Both the position numbers and the translations under genes were made by a program. A stretch of DNA of 55,392 nt, taken from the IMG/VR virus record IMGVR_UViG_3300047476_002354, positions 1 through 55,392 of that record; one strand, given 5' to 3'. Origin of the DNA: a virus (lineage: Duplodnaviria; Caudoviricetes). A model generated the notes under the pieces. It was not told where the DNA came from and searched no databases. It was given only the letters and a program-made list of their open reading frames with translations. Numbering within the stretch: the stretch's first letter is position 1; each line of letters begins with the position of its first letter. Positions 9,408 to 17,951 of the stretch are shown in pieces.

Positions 9408-9814
9408 TAATGATCACATCCAGAACTATGGCATGGTGGACAGGTTCTGCAAAGTTTATTATTTAGCCAATGAGAAAAAGCAACCATAATAGCTCCCCCA
9501 ACTAAAAATAATAAATATATGTCAAATTCAAATACACGAAAATGTGATACGTGTTCGTGTGCTAATCTTCCAATAACTAAAAGCGTCAAACCAATTCCAA
9601 GGAATGAAAATGCTTTGAATGACTTATGCTTTCTAAATCCAAAACATAAGCTAGTCACTCCTAACATAGCAGAAATCATAAGAAGAATCCATTCAAATTC
9701 TTCAGTCGCAAATAAAGATAAACCAAAAATAGGCAATAAAGTTATGACTAATGGCATAATCATACAATGTATAGCACAAGTAATACTTGCAATCATTCCA
9801 GCTTTATCTAACAT
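9407..9814 (-). CDS. MerC-family membrane protein
   Basis: LDKAGMIASITCAIHC N-terminal motif, four hydrophobic segments, GFRKHK loop, C-terminal HWLN followed by a Cys/His-rich tail CRTCPPCHSSGCDH. Confidence 0.85.
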   Translation of the reverse strand: MLDKAGMIASITCAIHCMIMPLVITLLPIFGLSLFATEEFEWILLMISAMLGVTSLCFGFRKHKSFKAFSFLGIGLTLLVIGRLAHEHVSHFRVFEFDIYLLFLVGGAIMVAFSHWLNNKLCRTCPPCHSSGCDH

Positions 9815-9818
9815 ATTT

Positions 9819-10442
9819 TTAATCCAACTTCAAGGTGTAGCTTTTACGATGAAAGTGTTGCAAGCCATATTTTACAACAGCTTCTTTATGCTTGGCAGTA
9901 ATGTAGCCCTTATTACTTATTAAATCATACTCAGGATGCTCCTCATGCAATTTAGAAAGAACTCTATCGTGATGTACTTTTGCTATGATGCTTGCTGCAG
10001 CTACAGCTAAAGAAGTTGCATCTGCCTTAGGTATCATCAACTGTGGATTTAAACTATTTTTTGGGCCCTGATCTATAACATAAAGATGAGGCAATTCATC
10101 TATGTATTTAGTTGCTATGGATGCAGAATTAATCATTGCGTTCAGATTGGCTTCTTGTATGCCGAATTTATCAATATCTTCTGCAGATATTTCAACCACT
10201 CCATAAGAAACACAACTGGTAATGATTCTGTCGTAAAGTTCTTCTCTTTTTTTCTCAGTTAGCTTTTTAGAATCATTGACCCCTTCTAAAACCTGTCTAT
10301 CATCTAAAACTACACATGCAGCAACCAAGGGGCCAGCAAGGGAACCACGACCACATTCATCAATGCCAGCAATATATCTTCCGTACTTTAAACGAAGTTC
10401 ATCATCAAATTTCTTTAACTCTATATGAGCTTGTGATTTCAT
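9819..10442 (-). CDS. rnhB: Ribonuclease HII
   Basis: GIDECGRGSLAGP, DSKKL, KADATSLAVAAASIIAKV, KGY, HRKSY motifs. Confidence 0.95.
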   Translation of the reverse strand: MKSQAHIELKKFDDELRLKYGRYIAGIDECGRGSLAGPLVAACVVLDDRQVLEGVNDSKKLTEKKREELYDRIITSCVSYGVVEISAEDIDKFGIQEANLNAMINSASIATKYIDELPHLYVIDQGPKNSLNPQLMIPKADATSLAVAAASIIAKVHHDRVLSKLHEEHPEYDLISNKGYITAKHKEAVVKYGLQHFHRKSYTLKLD

Positions 10443-12208
10443 TGCATTTCTTTCTTAGCTAAAGAATGAACCTTATTTGATAATAAATTGACAAGTTCTT
10501 TTCCTGATTCAACAAGAGAAGAAAGCAACTCAATATTTTCTGAATAATAATCAGATTCTATACTTAGTCTTAAATCCTCGAGCTCTTTAACTTCGTCATT
10601 ATTTAAAACTTTAGTATCAATAAGTTCAAGTGACTGTATTTTCAAAGATGTGAGCCAATCTCTTAAATTTGACAGCTGTTTAAATCTTTCATCTTCGATT
10701 TTATTTTCTTCAGCATCATTAAGCAAATTAGTCATTTCTTCCTCTGATAATGAACCAGATAATACCATAACCTTTTCATTATTGGTAGCTTCATCTATTG
10801 CTTTGACAGTTACAATTCCATTAGCATCAACATCAAAAACTACTTCAATTTTTGGTGTTCCTCTTCTAGATGCTGGAATATTATCAAGCTTAAATTCACC
10901 CAAATAATGATTGTATTTAGTCTGCGGTCTTTCTCCTTGGAATACTTTAACATCTACTGCGGTTTGATTGTCTTCTGCCGTGGTAAATACTTCTTTAAAC
11001 TCTGTGGGGACTTGAGTATTGCGTCTGATCATTGTATTCATAACGCCACCCATAGTTTCAATACCAAGAGATAGTGGAGTAACATCTAACAAGAAAACAA
11101 GCTTATCAGAACTTCCAGAAAGAACGGAAGCCTGAATTGCTGCTCCTAGTGCCACTGCTTCATCTGGATTAATGCTCTTATTTGGCCTCTTTCCTGTCCA
11201 TTCTTGCACTTTTAGAGCAACATATGGGATTCTTGTTGAACCGCCTACAAAAACCACCTCATTGACGTCAGAATAGGTAATTCCAGCGTCCTTGATTGCT
11301 TGTTCTATGCAGGTTTTAGTTTTGAGAAGCGGTTCATCTAAGCATTTTTCAAATTCTTCTCTTGTAACTACCACAGAAAGATTAACTGGTTGTCTGTTTC
11401 TAAAAGCAAACATTGGAATAGACACTGTGGTTTTTTCAACTTGAGACAGTGTTTTCTTTGCTTTTTCTGCTGCAGCTCTTAATCTTGTTTTTTGAGTGTC
11501 GTCCAAATCTTCAATACGGTCTTGTTGATAGTTGTAATCAAAATTGGAATTAAACTTTGTTAAAATGATTTGTGCTAAAGCAGAATCGAAATCTGCTCCA
11601 CCAAGTTTAGTGTCTCCTGCTGTTGAGAGAACATGAAAATCACAACCATCAGATAGCTTAAGTAAAGTAACGTCAAAAGTACCGCCACCAAGATCATAAA
11701 CCAAGATTGTCGAATCATTATTTTTATCTAGCCCATAAGCTAAAGATGCAGCTGTAGGTTCGTTAATAATTCGTAGTACATTTAAACCTGCCATCTCTCC
11801 TGCAGCTTTAGTTGCTTTACGCTCATCATTATTAAAATAAGCAGGGACAGTTATAACTGCATCTGTAACTTCTTGACCTAAATAATCTTCTGCATCTCTT
11901 TTAAGCTTTTTGAGGATTTCTGAAGATACTCTGTATGGAGAATATTTTGTCCATCCACCAAAAGAATATATTTCTTCAAACCCCTGAGCCATTTTACGTT
12001 TAACAAGCCTGATGGTTCGATCTGGTACTTGTGATTCATAATCAACTGCTAAATTGCCCACAAGTACATTATTATCTTCGTCTATTGAGAAAACAGATGG
12101 AGTAATACGATCGCCTTCAGCATTAGGAATTACTTCGGGAATATCGTTTTTTACATAAGAAACAACGGAAAAAGTGCTACCTAAATCAATACCAATTGCT
12201 AGACCCAT
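10439..12208 (-). CDS. dnaK: Hsp70 chaperone DnaK (shortened C-terminus)
   Basis: GIDLGSTFS, TVPAYF, INEPTAA, DLGGGTFDV, VGGSTRIP, NPDEAVALGAA, linker LLDVTPLSLG, substrate-binding domain. Confidence 0.95.
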   Translation of the reverse strand: MGLAIGIDLGSTFSVVSYVKNDIPEVIPNAEGDRITPSVFSIDEDNNVLVGNLAVDYESQVPDRTIRLVKRKMAQGFEEIYSFGGWTKYSPYRVSSEILKKLKRDAEDYLGQEVTDAVITVPAYFNNDERKATKAAGEMAGLNVLRIINEPTAASLAYGLDKNNDSTILVYDLGGGTFDVTLLKLSDGCDFHVLSTAGDTKLGGADFDSALAQIILTKFNSNFDYNYQQDRIEDLDDTQKTRLRAAAEKAKKTLSQVEKTTVSIPMFAFRNRQPVNLSVVVTREEFEKCLDEPLLKTKTCIEQAIKDAGITYSDVNEVVFVGGSTRIPYVALKVQEWTGKRPNKSINPDEAVALGAAIQASVLSGSSDKLVFLLDVTPLSLGIETMGGVMNTMIRRNTQVPTEFKEVFTTAEDNQTAVDVKVFQGERPQTKYNHYLGEFKLDNIPASRRGTPKIEVVFDVDANGIVTVKAIDEATNNEKVMVLSGSLSEEEMTNLLNDAEENKIEDERFKQLSNLRDWLTSLKIQSLELIDTKVLNNDEVKELEDLRLSIESDYYSENIELLSSLVESGKELVNLLSNKVHSLAKKEMQ

Positions 12209-12225
12209 AATCTAGCCTTATACAA

Positions 12226-12582
12226 TTATTCTGGGTCTTCGTCTGGTAAAACACTTCCGCCAGGTTTGTATCCTTCCATTAAGCTTTGAAGTACATCATG
12301 GTCTTCAAGTCTTTTTTGGACTGACATTAACTCATGTCTTGAAATTGGGTCTTTGATTTGTATTTGTGTAGGATCTTTTGGCAATGAATTTCTATAATCA
12401 TGTGCCATTGAAATTAATTGGACAACAGCAAAAGTATCCTTGCATTTTAAGCATCTCATTACAGAGTATATTTCAACTTCTGACTTAGGGAGCCAACCCA
12501 AATGAGATTCTTTGAAAAAAGGATGCTTGCAAGTTCTATTTAAACAATTTTTAGGTCTACCAACAATAGTTTGATGATGCAT
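12226..12582 (-). CDS. Hypothetical zinc-ribbon protein
   Basis: CLNRTC and CLKC cysteine pairs; AAGGGGA RBS; first gene of the minus-strand run containing dnaK. Confidence 0.6.
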   Translation of the reverse strand: MHHQTIVGRPKNCLNRTCKHPFFKESHLGWLPKSEVEIYSVMRCLKCKDTFAVVQLISMAHDYRNSLPKDPTQIQIKDPISRHELMSVQKRLEDHDVLQSLMEGYKPGGSVLPDEDPE

Positions 12583-12615
12583 AATATTCCCCTTTTTTCC
12601 TATGCAGTTAATTAT

Positions 12616-12642
12616 TATTCTGTATTATAATCAACTATTCCT
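12616..12642 (-). promoter_or_regulatory. Putative phage promoter AGG-N18-AGAATA for the Zn-ribbon/dnaK/rnhB operon
   Basis: Minus strand reads AGG-aatagttgattataatac-AGAATA. Confidence 0.55.
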
Positions 12643-12747
12643 AAAGGACAAAGTCATATTTATATTGTAAAATAAAGTCGAAGTTTATTCATTGTCGAAT
12701 TTTCTTCTCCAATGGTGTTTGGTAATACTTAAAAGGAGGATATGACA

Positions 12748-12819
12748 ATGAAGATTCTTGATGATATTGAAAAAATGTTTGCTGTGTTTTTTGAAACAAT
12801 GTTTAAATACGAATTCTAA
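12748..12819 (+). CDS. Small 23-aa ORF MKILDDIEKMFAVFFETMFKYEF (not in the ORF track)
   Basis: AGGAGG at 12734-12739, 8 nt before ATG 12748; its stop lies 2 nt before the next ATG (12822). Confidence 0.55.
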   Translation: MKILDDIEKMFAVFFETMFKYEF

Positions 12820-12821
12820 TT

Positions 12822-13547
12822 ATGAAAACCGCTATTGTTTATGCCTGTTATCTAGTTAATTCATGGCAATCAATAGTTTCAGAACAATTAGACAGAATCT
12901 TCTCCTCCTTTACAGTGTTGAAAGGGGGAGAAGTTTTTATTTGTGCCTCTGGTAAAGAAGAAGAATATTTAAAGCTATTGCAGTTAGTTAATGGTCGCAA
13001 GGCTCAGATTTCATTTCACCCTGACACAAGATTTAGTTGTGAAGCTTATGGATTTTTAAAAATTTATGAACTCAGTAAAAATAACTATGATTATGTAGGC
13101 TATTTACATGCCAAAGGCGTTACCAAACTTTATAAACCAGAACACGTTAAATCTTGTATAGAAAGCTGGCGTAAATGTATGGAATATTATGTTTTAGATA
13201 AATCCGAAACATGTATTCAATCACTACATAATTCCAATAAAAACTGTGCCGGTGTTATGTTCGATTGCTTGCAGTTATTTCACAATAAGCTAATAAATTT
13301 TGATTTTTTTGTTTCTAAATATCATAACTTTATTTTTCCAGGAAACTTCTTCTGGGTTAAGTGCTCTTGGTTATGTGAACAAGAAAAGCCAGTTTTAGAT
13401 GAAGATTATTGGTATTATGAAAGATTTTTAGGCCACTGTCAAAATGTAAATCCACACTATCTTTGGATAAGAAAATATTCTAACTTTGGTGGTAACGCTA
13501 TATATCTGGAAAAAATAAATGAGTCTGAATATAAAAGAATCATTTAA
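12822..13547 (+). CDS. Putative glycosyltransferase-like protein (HxKG...WR..M.Y...GNFFW family)
   Basis: Motifs YLHAKGV, WRKCMEYY, FPGNFFWVK, YERFLG resemble a family recurrent in large-virus glycosylation clusters; the function is inferred. Confidence 0.5.
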   Translation: MKTAIVYACYLVNSWQSIVSEQLDRIFSSFTVLKGGEVFICASGKEEEYLKLLQLVNGRKAQISFHPDTRFSCEAYGFLKIYELSKNNYDYVGYLHAKGVTKLYKPEHVKSCIESWRKCMEYYVLDKSETCIQSLHNSNKNCAGVMFDCLQLFHNKLINFDFFVSKYHNFIFPGNFFWVKCSWLCEQEKPVLDEDYWYYERFLGHCQNVNPHYLWIRKYSNFGGNAIYLEKINESEYKRII

Positions 13548-15345
13548 TTTGATATAAATTCCAAGCTCTTTCGTTCCTGTAAACTTTCTTTCTCATATTG
13601 CAGTGAGATTTAAGATTCTTCTGTTCAAGCATAAAGTCTATAATGATTGCATCAGGTTTATTATTTTGTTTAGATACATCAATATTTGGCCCTACACATC
13701 TTAAAACTCTACCAACTTGTTGATATGTTGTTACTGAAGATTGATTCGAACCAGCCAAGATAAGAGTAGAGATTTTTGGAGCGTCTACACCTACGTTTGC
13801 CCATTGAGTCGCTATTAAAACTATTTCATTATTTTCAACAGCATTAAGCATTCTTCGGCGGTAGTTCTTTTCCTCATCTGTTGGATCGTCTACACCTTTA
13901 TCTCCACCAGGGACAAAAACAGCATCTTCTATCATTCCCTCAAGAATGTCGCCGTGCTCTCTTCTTTCAACAAGGATTAACGTAGGTCTTCCAGCTTCTT
14001 TAAAACCCTCTGCAAATTCTTTAATACGATAGTTTCTTTCCCAGTTATTTACAATATTATTACTGTAAATATCTGGATAAGTTTCACCACCATTATTCTC
14101 AGAAACATTACATACGAATATCTTAGGAGGAACTAAAAATCCAAGCTCTATCAAGTCAGATGCCGATACTTCAATAATCTTTCTGCCTAATGTTCCTTCA
14201 ATGCGGATTTCTTGATTGTCCATTCTCCAAGGTGTACCAGACAAGCCTAAACGATAATAAGCATTTTTAGCTTGTTTACCTAGCTCTTCGATAACAACAG
14301 ATGCTACGTGCGCTTCATCAACAATAAAGGCATTACAAGAAGAGATTAAGTTTCTTACTTGACTCTTTTGCAGCAAAGTGTCTTGTCGGTTATCCCAAGC
14401 AGCTTGAGCTTTCTTGTATGCTGCTAAATCAACTTTAATTAATGAGTTAAGCTCTTTATTAAATTGCTTTTCTAATGCTAAAGCAGCTGCAGCATAAGTT
14501 TTTTTCTTTTTAAGATCGGATTCATTCAAAGCTATTTCTGAAGCTTTTTCCATATCCAAAGACAGTTTGGTTAAATCTCTTCTTGCATTATTTTCTGAAA
14601 TCTTCCATTTTTTTGTAGCTTCTTCTAATTCTTTTTGAAGTTGAGCAGTTGTTTTAGGACCATCACTAGCAGGGTCATCAACTACCTTGTTGCCTTTTTC
14701 TAAATATTTCTTATCAAATGCAATAAGAGCTGTTTGGTAGGTAATAACATTGATGCCTTCCATGTTTAAGTTGCATAAACCACCACCAGCAATGCCAACT
14801 TCAACCTTTTCCCCATTGAATCTTAAGTATCTTTCAAACTCTTTTTGAGTTTGTTTAAGGAGTTCAATAGCTGGCACAATAAATACAACTGGGGCTACTG
14901 CAAGATTTTCAAATATCTTACAAGAAGTCATAGTTTTACCAGCGCCAGTACAAAGAGAAAGCATGCCCCTTTGAGTTTTCTTAGCTAAGGTTGCTGCGTT
15001 TTCTTGATAAAAACGAAGATCTTTGCCTTCAAAATCACATGTGACAGGGTAGTTTCTTTCTGGTTTTTCTCGTGCATCTACAATCTGATACTCAACTTCG
15101 AGTTTGTCAAATAGCTGTCTTACACGACGAACAAGACCAGAAGGGAATGTGGCAATTCTCTTATTATATAACGAAATTCTGCCATCCCATTGACCTTGCT
15201 TATATTTCTGAGACCATTCAGCAGACGGAACTTCATAAGATAGCTCCTGCCTTACAGCTTCATGCAACTGAGCATTAACAGATGGGTCTTGATGTAAATA
15301 ACCAATCAATTTACTCGTAGCATTGTTAACTTCTATAGTTACCAT
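13540..15345 (-). CDS. Superfamily 2 DEAH-box helicase (UvsW/XPB-like)
   Basis: Walker A CTGAGKT, DEAH, motif III SGTP, GVDAP, motif VI QQVGRVLR; N-terminal WDGRISL typical of phage UvsW-like helicases. Confidence 0.9.
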   Translation of the reverse strand: MVTIEVNNATSKLIGYLHQDPSVNAQLHEAVRQELSYEVPSAEWSQKYKQGQWDGRISLYNKRIATFPSGLVRRVRQLFDKLEVEYQIVDAREKPERNYPVTCDFEGKDLRFYQENAATLAKKTQRGMLSLCTGAGKTMTSCKIFENLAVAPVVFIVPAIELLKQTQKEFERYLRFNGEKVEVGIAGGGLCNLNMEGINVITYQTALIAFDKKYLEKGNKVVDDPASDGPKTTAQLQKELEEATKKWKISENNARRDLTKLSLDMEKASEIALNESDLKKKKTYAAAALALEKQFNKELNSLIKVDLAAYKKAQAAWDNRQDTLLQKSQVRNLISSCNAFIVDEAHVASVVIEELGKQAKNAYYRLGLSGTPWRMDNQEIRIEGTLGRKIIEVSASDLIELGFLVPPKIFVCNVSENNGGETYPDIYSNNIVNNWERNYRIKEFAEGFKEAGRPTLILVERREHGDILEGMIEDAVFVPGGDKGVDDPTDEEKNYRRRMLNAVENNEIVLIATQWANVGVDAPKISTLILAGSNQSSVTTYQQVGRVLRCVGPNIDVSKQNNKPDAIIIDFMLEQKNLKSHCNMRKKVYRNERAWNLYQIK

Positions 15346-15351
15346 AATTCA

Positions 15352-15362
15352 AGTATATCACA
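15352..15362 (-). promoter_or_regulatory. Extended -10 promoter (TGTGaTATACT), leaderless, for the helicase
   Basis: TRTG-n-TATACT ending 6 nt before the ATG, with no SD sequence, immediately after a terminator. Confidence 0.6.
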
Positions 15363-15395
15363 AAAAAACAGGAGCTCATTATTGACCTCCTGTTT
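15362..15395 (-). terminator. Rho-independent terminator (minus strand)
   Basis: Minus strand AAACAGGAG-g-TCA-ataa-TGA-g-CTCCTGTTT followed by a T run. Confidence 0.75.
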
Positions 15396-15414
15396 ACTAA
15401 TCATCAAACACTAT

Positions 15415-15852
15415 TTAATGAACATTCATTGCATTGAACTTATTAACAGCAACTGCAATAGTTGTAGGCTTTTTGCCTACAAACAACTCTAATGTGGTGA
15501 TAACTAGAGTTTGGATTCTTTGCAAATCTTCTTCAGTTAAAGTAACACCTTCATTAGCTGCTGCAAGTTTAATAAATCTTACAAATGTATCAATTCTGTC
15601 AGCTTCAGAATATTCGCCATCTTGAATATTTTGCAGTCCTTTAATCCAAATATCAACTAAAAGACCGCCCTTTTCGCCTAGTTGTGAAGCTAAAAGATTC
15701 TTGATAACAAACAATGAATCTAATGCTACTTGAGACTCTGATTTATAGCCCCTAGAAAGCAAAAAAAGTCCAAAGATTGTCAAAACGCACACAATGACAA
15801 CAGGCAAAACTGATGTTGCGTGAGATGTTAGCGATTTGATTAAAGCTTCCAT
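15415..15852 (-). CDS. Membrane protein, possibly LL-H-type holin-like
   Basis: One N-terminal TM helix (VLPVVIVCVLTIFGLFLL) followed by a helical soluble domain (EGVTLTEEDL...AVAVNKFNAMN), reminiscent of LL-H holins. Confidence 0.4.
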   Translation of the reverse strand: MEALIKSLTSHATSVLPVVIVCVLTIFGLFLLSRGYKSESQVALDSLFVIKNLLASQLGEKGGLLVDIWIKGLQNIQDGEYSEADRIDTFVRFIKLAAANEGVTLTEEDLQRIQTLVITTLELFVGKKPTTIAVAVNKFNAMNVH

Positions 15853-15853
15853 A

Positions 15854-16066
15854 TTAGCAGTTCTTTGCGACTACATCATCGCCATCATCAACAGCGTCAA
15901 TGTCTAAATCTACGTCTGTTGTCAAAGGGATAGTAAGTTCGTCCTTAACAGGTTGATCTTTTTCATCAGCCCAAACAACTTCCTTAATTTCCTCTGCCTT
16001 AACTTCATCGCCATCATTGTCAGTAAAATTCTCGATTCTACCATTGGCTCTCTTAACCATTGCCAT
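15854..16066 (-). CDS. Small, very acidic hypothetical protein
   Basis: GAGGTG RBS; strongly D/E-rich sequence. Confidence 0.6.
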   Translation of the reverse strand: MAMVKRANGRIENFTDNDGDEVKAEEIKEVVWADEKDQPVKDELTIPLTTDVDLDIDAVDDGDDVVAKNC

Positions 16067-16076
16067 TTATATCACC

Positions 16077-17051
16077 TCAGTTTTTTAAAGTATCAACGTA
16101 TGATTTTAAAATACGCTCTTGTTCTTCAGTAAGCTCTGTAGGGAAATTATACATTAAAGACACAAGAAATGAACCTGAAGTATTGTCAGGTTTTGGTATG
16201 CCTTCATTTGGATAACTTAATAATAAATCTGTGCCTGAGAGCTTAGGAATTGTAACTTCTTTTATTTGACCATTGGGAAACTTTATCCTTTTTACAGCTC
16301 CACAAATAGCTTCTACAGGATTGACTTGAATCTTTTTAAATACATTTCCTGTGTTGTCAAAATCAAAATCAGGATGTTGATTTAAACCAAATTCAATAAT
16401 AAGCTTGCCTGGAGGGCTGTTGGGGTTTTCATGATTTCCCATATCAGGCTTCATTATTGTGTTGAAAATGCTGCCTTTTTCTAAGTCTATATCAAGATGC
16501 ATCTGCTCTTGAACTAAACCAACTCCATGACAGCCTCCGCAAATATGTTCAAACTTCCAGCCCTTTCCTTGACAGTTTTGACACGGGCCAAATACTTGTT
16601 CAAAGAAAAAACCAGCATGTTGAATTGTTTGTTTGTTTTGACCCGAACCCATACAGGTCATACAAGTGTTACGCCCACCTTTTCCGCCTTCTCCAGTACA
16701 TTGAGAGCAGAATTTTTGACGGGCGTATACTATTTTTCTATTTATCTTGTTAAATAAATCTTCTAAGTTTAAGTTTACTCGGATGTTTAAAGGAGTATTG
16801 AAATTTTGCCTTCTTGCGAAATTGACTTCATTCCAATTATTAAAAGGACTCTGCGGTTGATCTAATTGGGCCTTTTTGTTAGGATCAGATAAAACAGAAT
16901 AAGCCTCATTAATCTGTTTAAACTTCTCCTCTGCGTTAGGATCTTTATTTACATCTGGATGAAACTGCTTAGATAACTTTCTATATGCTGATTTAATTTC
17001 ATCAGCTGAAGCTTTTCTTGAAACACCTAAAATTTCATAATGATCTTGCAT
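16077..17051 (-). CDS. dnaJ: Co-chaperone DnaJ (type A-like)
   Basis: J-domain with HPD; four CxxCxGxG repeats ([32 protein letters not shown]); C-terminal domain ending [13 protein letters not shown]. Confidence 0.93.
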   Translation of the reverse strand: MQDHYEILGVSRKASADEIKSAYRKLSKQFHPDVNKDPNAEEKFKQINEAYSVLSDPNKKAQLDQPQSPFNNWNEVNFARRQNFNTPLNIRVNLNLEDLFNKINRKIVYARQKFCSQCTGEGGKGGRNTCMTCMGSGQNKQTIQHAGFFFEQVFGPCQNCQGKGWKFEHICGGCHGVGLVQEQMHLDIDLEKGSIFNTIMKPDMGNHENPNSPPGKLIIEFGLNQHPDFDFDNTGNVFKKIQVNPVEAICGAVKRIKFPNGQIKEVTIPKLSGTDLLLSYPNEGIPKPDNTSGSFLVSLMYNFPTELTEEQERILKSYVDTLKN

Positions 17052-17064
17052 ACTTATAAGTATA
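17050..17064 (-). promoter_or_regulatory. -10 element TATACT 7 nt before the dnaJ ATG (leaderless), overlapped by a 14-bp palindrome
   Basis: Minus strand ttgTATACTtataagtATG; ATACTTATAAGTAT (17050-17063) is a perfect palindrome. Confidence 0.5.
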
Positions 17065-17080
17065 CAATCTATTTAAAATA

Positions 17081-17878
17081 TTAATCAATAACATCCCATT
17101 TCCTTTTAATACAGAAAAATTCATTACAGAATAATTCTTTTTTAAACCATGCAATATTTTTTCTATTTTGGATAATTATCTTGCCCCAAACTTTACCATC
17201 ATACCATTCAGTCTTATAAATTTTTCCTGTATACCCTATTCTTGATACATTATCAATAAACCAAGTCAGTGCTTCTTTATTTCCAGTAATTCTAATATAA
17301 GATGATTTTCCATGTCTGACTTTAATTGTGCCATCCCCGTCTATCCAACCACGAATAAAATGTGGCAACATTTCATCACTAATTTCAGGAGCAATAAAAT
17401 TATAAGTTTTATTAGGAATAATTCCCCATTTTTTTAATAAAATGTCGAGTTTTTTATGACCAATACAAATCATCTTTTGAGGATCACCATTTTGAGCAGG
17501 TACGCTTACAATTTTATCTTGGCTCAAACCAATACAATCACAAATATATTTAATAACATTTATATCTTTTTCATTTAAACTGATTTTTAAATTGTAGGTA
17601 ATATCAGCTAAAAGATTTCTTTTCTGCAATGATCCATCAGCGAAAATAAAACCTGCTATATACGCAAGATCCGGTGAGTCTTTTTCGAAAAAAGTTAAAT
17701 TCCAACTAATACTTCTTTCTCGAGTTAAACTTTTTTTGTAGATGATGTTATGATTATTTAAAATTCTATTTATTGGTTCAACACTTATTCCATATTTTTT
17801 TTGAATGTGCGTTTTTGTTAAACCTAACTTGCAATCATTTAAAATTAAGTTTTCAAGCTCAAGAGATATTTTAGACAT
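17081..17878 (-). mobile_element. Free-standing double-motif LAGLIDADG homing endonuclease with N-terminal HTH-like region
   Basis: LAYIAGFIFADGSL and LPHFIRGWIDGDGTI motifs; GIIPNKT; C-terminal KRKW; no intein or intron flanks visible. Confidence 0.88.
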
Positions 17879-17912
17879 ATAAATATATTACCTTTTATGA
17901 ATATTAAATACA

Positions 17913-17939
17913 TATTCTTTTAAAAACAATATAACACCT
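17913..17939 (-). promoter_or_regulatory. Putative phage promoter AGG-N18-AGAATA upstream of the LAGLIDADG gene
   Basis: Minus strand AGG-tgttatattgtttttaaa-AGAATA. Confidence 0.55.
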
Positions 17940-17951
17940 GTTGTGTAACCG

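Noticed and set aside
9407-9814. Mercury resistance operon
   Set aside because: There is no merA, merR, merT or merP nearby, only a lone MerC-family gene.
12583-12747. tRNA, riboswitch or CRISPR array in the largest intergenic region
   Set aside because: No cloverleaf, known aptamer or spaced direct repeats are visible here or elsewhere in the window.
562-14720. Inteins as the explanation for the GyrB and helicase insertions
   Set aside because: Neither insert has an N-terminal Cys/Ser block, a His-Asn/nucleophile junction or endonuclease motifs.
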